From Candidatus Poribacteria bacterium (GTDB lineage: Bacteria > Poribacteria > WGA-4E > WGA-3G): a DNA stretch of 64,000 nucleotides. Shown here one piece after another: positions 59,486-64,000 of the stretch. The stretch's first letter is position 1. Each line of letters starts with the position of its first letter. The stretch lies in contig JAJEAG010000024.1 in NCBI GenBank assembly GCA_022824265.1, positions 27,521-91,520 of the forward strand. The letters are read 5' to 3'. The notes beneath the pieces were generated by a model. It ran no database searches, was not told the DNA's origin, and was given only the letters and a program-made list of their open reading frames with translations. A program made the position numbers and the translations under genes.

Positions 59486-60427
59486 ATGACACAATTTGCC
59501 TTTATCTTTCCAGGACAAGGATCACAAAAAATTGGAATGGGGGCAGAATTAGTTGAGACCTTTCCAAAAGTTCGTGAAGTTTTTGATGAAGCAGATTCAT
59601 TTTTAGGTAGAGCATTAAGTAAACTCTGTTTTGAAGGTCCTGAATCAGAATTAAAACAAACTGAAAACACACAATTTGCTATTTTAATATGTAGTATTGC
59701 CACACTACAAATATTAACACAACATATAACGGACAAACCAAAGTTTGTTGCCGGACATAGTTTAGGTGAATATTCTGCCCTCGTTGCTGCGGGAACACTT
59801 GCATTTACAGATGCATTGGAACTTGTCAGATACCGTGCAACTTATATGGCAGAAGCAGGTGAAAACAATAATGGAACAATGGCAGCAATACTCGGTATGG
59901 ATGAAGAAGACCTTAAACAAATATGTGACAAAGTTGATGGTGTAGTACAGATTGCTAACTACAACTGCCCAGGTCAATTGGTAATCTCTGGTGAAGTAGA
60001 TGCAGTCAAACAGGTTGTTTCACTTGCATCAGAAGAAATTGGGGCAAGAAGATGTCGTATGTTACCAGTAAGTGGTGCATTTCACTCACCGTTGATGGAA
60101 TCAGCAGCTGAAAAGTTTCAAAAAGTACTTGATAATATAACGTTTCATTCTCCCCAATCTAATGTCGTGATGAATGTAACAGGTGAAGTCGAAACGGAAA
60201 CAGAAACCATCAAGAAAATGCTTTATCAACAGATAACTGCACCCGTTCAATGGGAAAAAACATTGAATACCATTAACAACTCTGGTGTTACACAATTTAT
60301 TGAAATAGGTCCGGGAAAGGTTTTGTCAGGATTGGTGAAACGCACATTACCTGATAGCAGTGTTATGAACGTTGAAGACTCTGATACACTTTCACAAGTT
60401 ATTGATGAATTAGGAAATGTAAAATAA
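59486..60427 (+). CDS. fabD: Malonyl-CoA:ACP transacylase
   Basis: FIFPGQGSQ and GHSLGEYSAL. Confidence 0.85.
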   Translation: MTQFAFIFPGQGSQKIGMGAELVETFPKVREVFDEADSFLGRALSKLCFEGPESELKQTENTQFAILICSIATLQILTQHITDKPKFVAGHSLGEYSALVAAGTLAFTDALELVRYRATYMAEAGENNNGTMAAILGMDEEDLKQICDKVDGVVQIANYNCPGQLVISGEVDAVKQVVSLASEEIGARRCRMLPVSGAFHSPLMESAAEKFQKVLDNITFHSPQSNVVMNVTGEVETETETIKKMLYQQITAPVQWEKTLNTINNSGVTQFIEIGPGKVLSGLVKRTLPDSSVMNVEDSDTLSQVIDELGNVK

Positions 60428-61204
60428 ATGGATCAACCGACAAAGCAAAATGTATTTAACGAAAACCTGTTAAGAGGTAAAACTGCGATTGTCACCGGTG
60501 CCTCACGCGGGATCGGTGCAGCAATTGCTCAAAGATTATGTGAAGTTGGTGCCAATGTTGTTATCTGTTCACGTTCTACCGAAAGTGTTAGCATCACCGC
60601 CAATGAGTTGGAAAACAAAGGGTATACAATCCACGCTATAGCAGCAGACATATCCAAAAAGGAAGATGTAGAAACACTTGTTGAACAAGCAATTGAACAG
60701 TATTCACAAATTGATATTCTTGTGAACAATGCTGGAATCACACGTGATATGTTCCTGATACGACTCAAAGATGAAGATTGGGATGCAGTATTACAAACAA
60801 ACCTTACAGGAACGATGTATTGTACACGAGCTGTTCTTCGTCCGATGATACGTCAGAAAAGTGGACGAATCATTAACATCTCATCAGTTATCGGCTTGAT
60901 GGGGAATCCAGGACAAGCAAGTTATGCAGCAGCGAAAGCTGGAATCATTGGCTTGACAAAAACAACTGCCAAAGAAGTTGGTACACGCGGCATCACAGTT
61001 AACGCTATTGCCCCCGGTTTTATCACAACAGACATGACAGCGAAAATACCGGAAGATTTGCAGTCAAAGATACTTGAATTAATTCCATTACAATTTTTTG
61101 GCTCACCAGATGATGTTGCTGATGCTGTCTGTTTCTTAGCTTCAGATGCAGCACGTTATATCACCGGGCAGACTTTACAAGTTGACGGTGGGATGGTGAT
61201 GTAA
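60428..61204 (+). CDS. fabG: 3-oxoacyl-ACP reductase
   Basis: TGASRGIG, NNAG and YAAAKAG short-chain dehydrogenase (SDR) motifs. Confidence 0.85.
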   Translation: MDQPTKQNVFNENLLRGKTAIVTGASRGIGAAIAQRLCEVGANVVICSRSTESVSITANELENKGYTIHAIAADISKKEDVETLVEQAIEQYSQIDILVNNAGITRDMFLIRLKDEDWDAVLQTNLTGTMYCTRAVLRPMIRQKSGRIINISSVIGLMGNPGQASYAAAKAGIIGLTKTTAKEVGTRGITVNAIAPGFITTDMTAKIPEDLQSKILELIPLQFFGSPDDVADAVCFLASDAARYITGQTLQVDGGMVM

Positions 61205-61384
61205 ATAAAATGTCAGATATCCTGCTATATGCAGAAATATGTTTTAATTATATTGGTTTGCAGTATGGACGGGTCAATTATAAACTTGTCCTTTAGTTGA
61301 ATAATTATTTTAATTCTGGGTGGGATAAACCATAGTTTATTTTAATTGTTATATCCCTCTCATTATAGGAGTTTAAATTCTACA

Positions 61385-61618
61385 ATGGCAACAAATGAAA
61401 AACGTCTTATTGAAATTATAGCAAGTCAGCTCGGAATTGCAGCAGATAACGTAACACCAGATGCTTCTTTCATGGAAGATTTGGGTGCTGATTCGCTTGA
61501 TACCGTTGAATTGGTCATGGCACTTGAAGAGGAATTTGACCTTGAAATCCCTGACAGCGATGCTGAAAAGATACAAACTGTTCAAGATGCCCTTGATTAC
61601 CTTGATGAACATGTATAG
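61385..61618 (+). CDS. acpP: Acyl carrier protein
   Basis: [20 protein letters not shown] with the phosphopantetheine-attachment Ser. The 77-aa form from the ATG at 61385 fits best. Confidence 0.85.
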   Translation: MATNEKRLIEIIASQLGIAADNVTPDASFMEDLGADSLDTVELVMALEEEFDLEIPDSDAEKIQTVQDALDYLDEHV

Positions 61619-61695
61619 ATATAAAGACTAACACAGAAATGAGGGCAAATTCCGTTTCATGCCCTCCTAACACACTGAAGAAAAGGATCGATTTT

Positions 61696-62934
61696 GTGGA
61701 GCGTGTAGTAATTACAGGAATTGGAGTTGTCAATCCAATCGGCAACACGAAAGAAGAATATTGGGATGCGCTTGCAATCGGTAAAAATGGAATCGGATCA
61801 TTACGTTCATTTGATGCAAGCGAGTATCGTACTCAGATAGCCGCTGAAGTAAAAGATTTTCAAGCGGAGAAATATCTGGATACGAAATCTGCATCTCGTT
61901 TTCCAGAATTCATAAAATACGCATTAGCGGCTTCAATAATGGCTCACGAGGATTCTGGACTGGATCTATCCAAAATTGACCATTACCGCGCAGGTGTACA
62001 AATAGGATCTGGTGTCGGTGGAATTGGAGTGCTTGAGGAAAATGCGAGAATATTAATTGAAAGAGGACCGAAACGCGTTAGTCCGTTTCTGGTGCCATTC
62101 ATGATAATAAACATGGCATCTGGTCAGGTATCAATACACTTTAATCTAAAAGGTCCTAATTCTGCTTCTGTTACTGCTTGTGCATCATCTAATCATTCCA
62201 TAGGCGATTCTTTTCGTCTTATAAAACATGGATATGCAGATGTTATGTTTACCGGTGGTGCCGAATCTGCAATAACACCTTTAGCTTTTGCAGGATTTTG
62301 TTCTATGCGTGCTATGTCCGAACGGAATCATGAACCTGAGCGCGCCTCTCGTCCCTTTAACAAAGACCGTGACGGTTTTGTTATGGGGGAAGGCGCAGGT
62401 GTCCTTATTCTCGAATCTCTATCTCATGCGACAGAACGAGGTGCATACATTTATGCTGAGATTGTTGGATTTGGAATGACTTCGGATGCAAACGATATGG
62501 TCAGTCCTCCAGAAAATGGTGAAGGAGCAGCTAAAGCGATGGAGTTTGCTCTAACCGATGCGAATCTTCCTACTGAGGCTGTTGAATATATAAATGTGCA
62601 TGGTACTTCTACTCCCAGAGGCGATGTCGCAGAAATTAACGCTATCAAATCTTTGTTCGGAAAACGCGCCTACGATATACCAATCAGCTCTACAAAATCT
62701 ATGATTGGACATTTACTCGGTGCAGCGGGGGCAGTTGAACTAATTGCATGTATAGGTGGAATGGAAAAAGGCTTTATTCCGCCAACTATTAACTATGAAG
62801 TTCCGGATGAGGAATGTGATTTGGATTGTGTACCAAACGAAAGCAGAGATGCAAAGTTTGAAATAGCACTGTCTAATGCTTTTGGTTTCGGCGGACATAA
62901 CACCTGTTTAGTTTTACAAAAATATACTGGATAG
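61696..62934 (+). CDS. fabF: 3-oxoacyl-ACP synthase II
   Basis: [10 protein letters not shown] start after AAGGA RBS, using GTG at 61696. Motifs ACASS and HGTSTP..D plus GHLLGAAG. Confidence 0.85.
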   Translation: MERVVITGIGVVNPIGNTKEEYWDALAIGKNGIGSLRSFDASEYRTQIAAEVKDFQAEKYLDTKSASRFPEFIKYALAASIMAHEDSGLDLSKIDHYRAGVQIGSGVGGIGVLEENARILIERGPKRVSPFLVPFMIINMASGQVSIHFNLKGPNSASVTACASSNHSIGDSFRLIKHGYADVMFTGGAESAITPLAFAGFCSMRAMSERNHEPERASRPFNKDRDGFVMGEGAGVLILESLSHATERGAYIYAEIVGFGMTSDANDMVSPPENGEGAAKAMEFALTDANLPTEAVEYINVHGTSTPRGDVAEINAIKSLFGKRAYDIPISSTKSMIGHLLGAAGAVELIACIGGMEKGFIPPTINYEVPDEECDLDCVPNESRDAKFEIALSNAFGFGGHNTCLVLQKYTG

Positions 62935-62984
62935 GTGGAAGTTAATCCCAGTTTCTTTAACCATTTTATAAATACAAAAATCTT

Positions 62985-63503
62985 GTGCATTTAGCATACA
63001 TCGGCTTTGGCAGCAACATTGGTGACAGGCTTTCTTATATACAGAATGCAATCCATCACATAGCGCAAACCAAACGGATAACTATACATAAGATTTCTTC
63101 TCTTTATAAAACTTCCCCTGTTGGATACGATGCACAAGATGATTTTCTAAATGGTGTCATTGCAATCCAAACAGACCTTCCTCCCCTTAACTTGCTACGT
63201 ATCTTAAAACAGATTGAAACATCGGTAGGTAGACAACACCGTTCTCGCTGGGGTCCGAGAGAAATTGACCTGGACATCTTAATCTATGCAGATGCCTGCG
63301 TAAATACCTCTGAAATTATAATACCACACCCAGGAATGCATCTTCGTAGATTTGTACTGGTACCCTTGGCTGAACTCGCTCCAGATATGTTGCATCCTAT
63401 TCTTAAAGAAACAATTCAATATCTTCTCAACAACCTTGAAACAGACCAATCTATTGAAAAGTGTGAAGATATTGAATTATCATTCAATCATAATAGATTA
63501 TAG
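62985..63503 (+). CDS. folK: 6-hydroxymethyl-7,8-dihydropterin pyrophosphokinase (HPPK)
   Basis: IGFGSNIGD and [11 protein letters not shown]. Confidence 0.8.
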   Translation: MHLAYIGFGSNIGDRLSYIQNAIHHIAQTKRITIHKISSLYKTSPVGYDAQDDFLNGVIAIQTDLPPLNLLRILKQIETSVGRQHRSRWGPREIDLDILIYADACVNTSEIIIPHPGMHLRRFVLVPLAELAPDMLHPILKETIQYLLNNLETDQSIEKCEDIELSFNHNRL

Positions 63504-63758
63504 TTTGTTATAGCACGCACTTTAGTTTGTGTCCTGAAGGATTACAACCATAATAACTGTAAATGAGACAATAATTTATAGAAATGGTATTAGATGCGAA
63601 TCTTACATGGTAATAGAGGCACACCGTGTCCCTTCATCTGATATAGTTAACGGTATAATTGTTCTTGATTTGTAAGTCTTAAATAGGTATAATTGAAACA
63701 GTTTACTCAGCATTTCATGTTTCTGAATACAGGACAGAACACATAAGGAGATAATGAT

Positions 63759-64000
63759 ATGAAAAGTTTATTAGTTTTTACGACGATAGCACTTGTCATA
63801 GTATCTGGGTTTGCATTAGCTACAGAAAACCCAAATGTACAAGGTGAGTACATAGAAGTCCGTTCAGCAAGTGTTTATGTAGGAGCATGCCATTTCGGTT
63901 CGGAATATGTTGAAGGTGGTAAAGAGGCAACCCTGATTTGGAACATCCATCATGGGAGTTGGAATAATGTAAAGTTAGATGGTTTAACCGTTGTTGCTGT
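63759..64000 (+). CDS. Secreted hypothetical protein, 5' partial. Continues beyond the window.
   Basis: AAGGAG RBS. MKSLLVFTTIALVIVSGFALA signal peptide. Confidence 0.4.
   Translation, partial: MKSLLVFTTIALVIVSGFALATENPNVQGEYIEVRSASVYVGACHFGSEYVEGGKEATLIWNIHHGSWNNVKLDGLTVVA

Overview
This 64-kb window is AT-rich bacterial chromosome (roughly 35-40% GC by eye). Genes are densely packed and mostly have recognisable Shine-Dalgarno sites. Housekeeping genes frame it: the 3' end of trpD and trpC, birA and a ribokinase at the left; a tRNA-Pro(GGG) gene, hom, the yceD-rpmF-fabH-fabD-fabG-acpP-fabF cluster and folK at the right. The middle carries accessory and niche functions. These are an ABC substrate-binding protein with three PhyH-family dioxygenases (two are recent tandem paralogs) and a sulfatase; a PSD/DUF1549/DUF1553 gene paired with a DUF1501 gene, typical of PVC-like or marine candidate phyla; MurQ with a BadF-type sugar kinase; a TusA-DsrE-TusA/OsmC sulfur-relay trio; a BCCT transporter; and a MetE-like methyltransferase. 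Two defence-type islands stand out. Island 1 (about 6.1-14.7 kb, all on the minus strand) is a tightly coupled six-gene operon that ends in a TGT-fold DpdA-like transglycosylase, preceded by a P-loop AAA ATPase, a PIN-like protein, two unknown proteins and a small YaaA-like protein. Next to it lie decayed remnants of an Rpn/DUF4351-type nuclease, a frameshifted HNH restriction endonuclease and a PAPS-reductase/QueC-like PP-loop protein, then a BrnT/BrnA toxin-antitoxin pair. Island 2 (49.1-55.0 kb) sits beside the tRNA-Pro gene. It encodes a 1475-aa Avs-like STAND NTPase with an N-terminal Mrr-type nuclease domain and a divergent TrpD-fold protein. The six-gene operon does not match any described system I recognise, so it is the best candidate for an undescribed DNA-modification or defence system. 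Several intergenic repeat families recur around the accessory segments: a CA-rich ~0.5-kb element present as two diverged, inverted copies, each followed by a small hydrophobic-peptide ORF; an 'aatcctg...ttcagacaa' motif family; REP-like hairpins; and a MITE-like inverted-repeat element.
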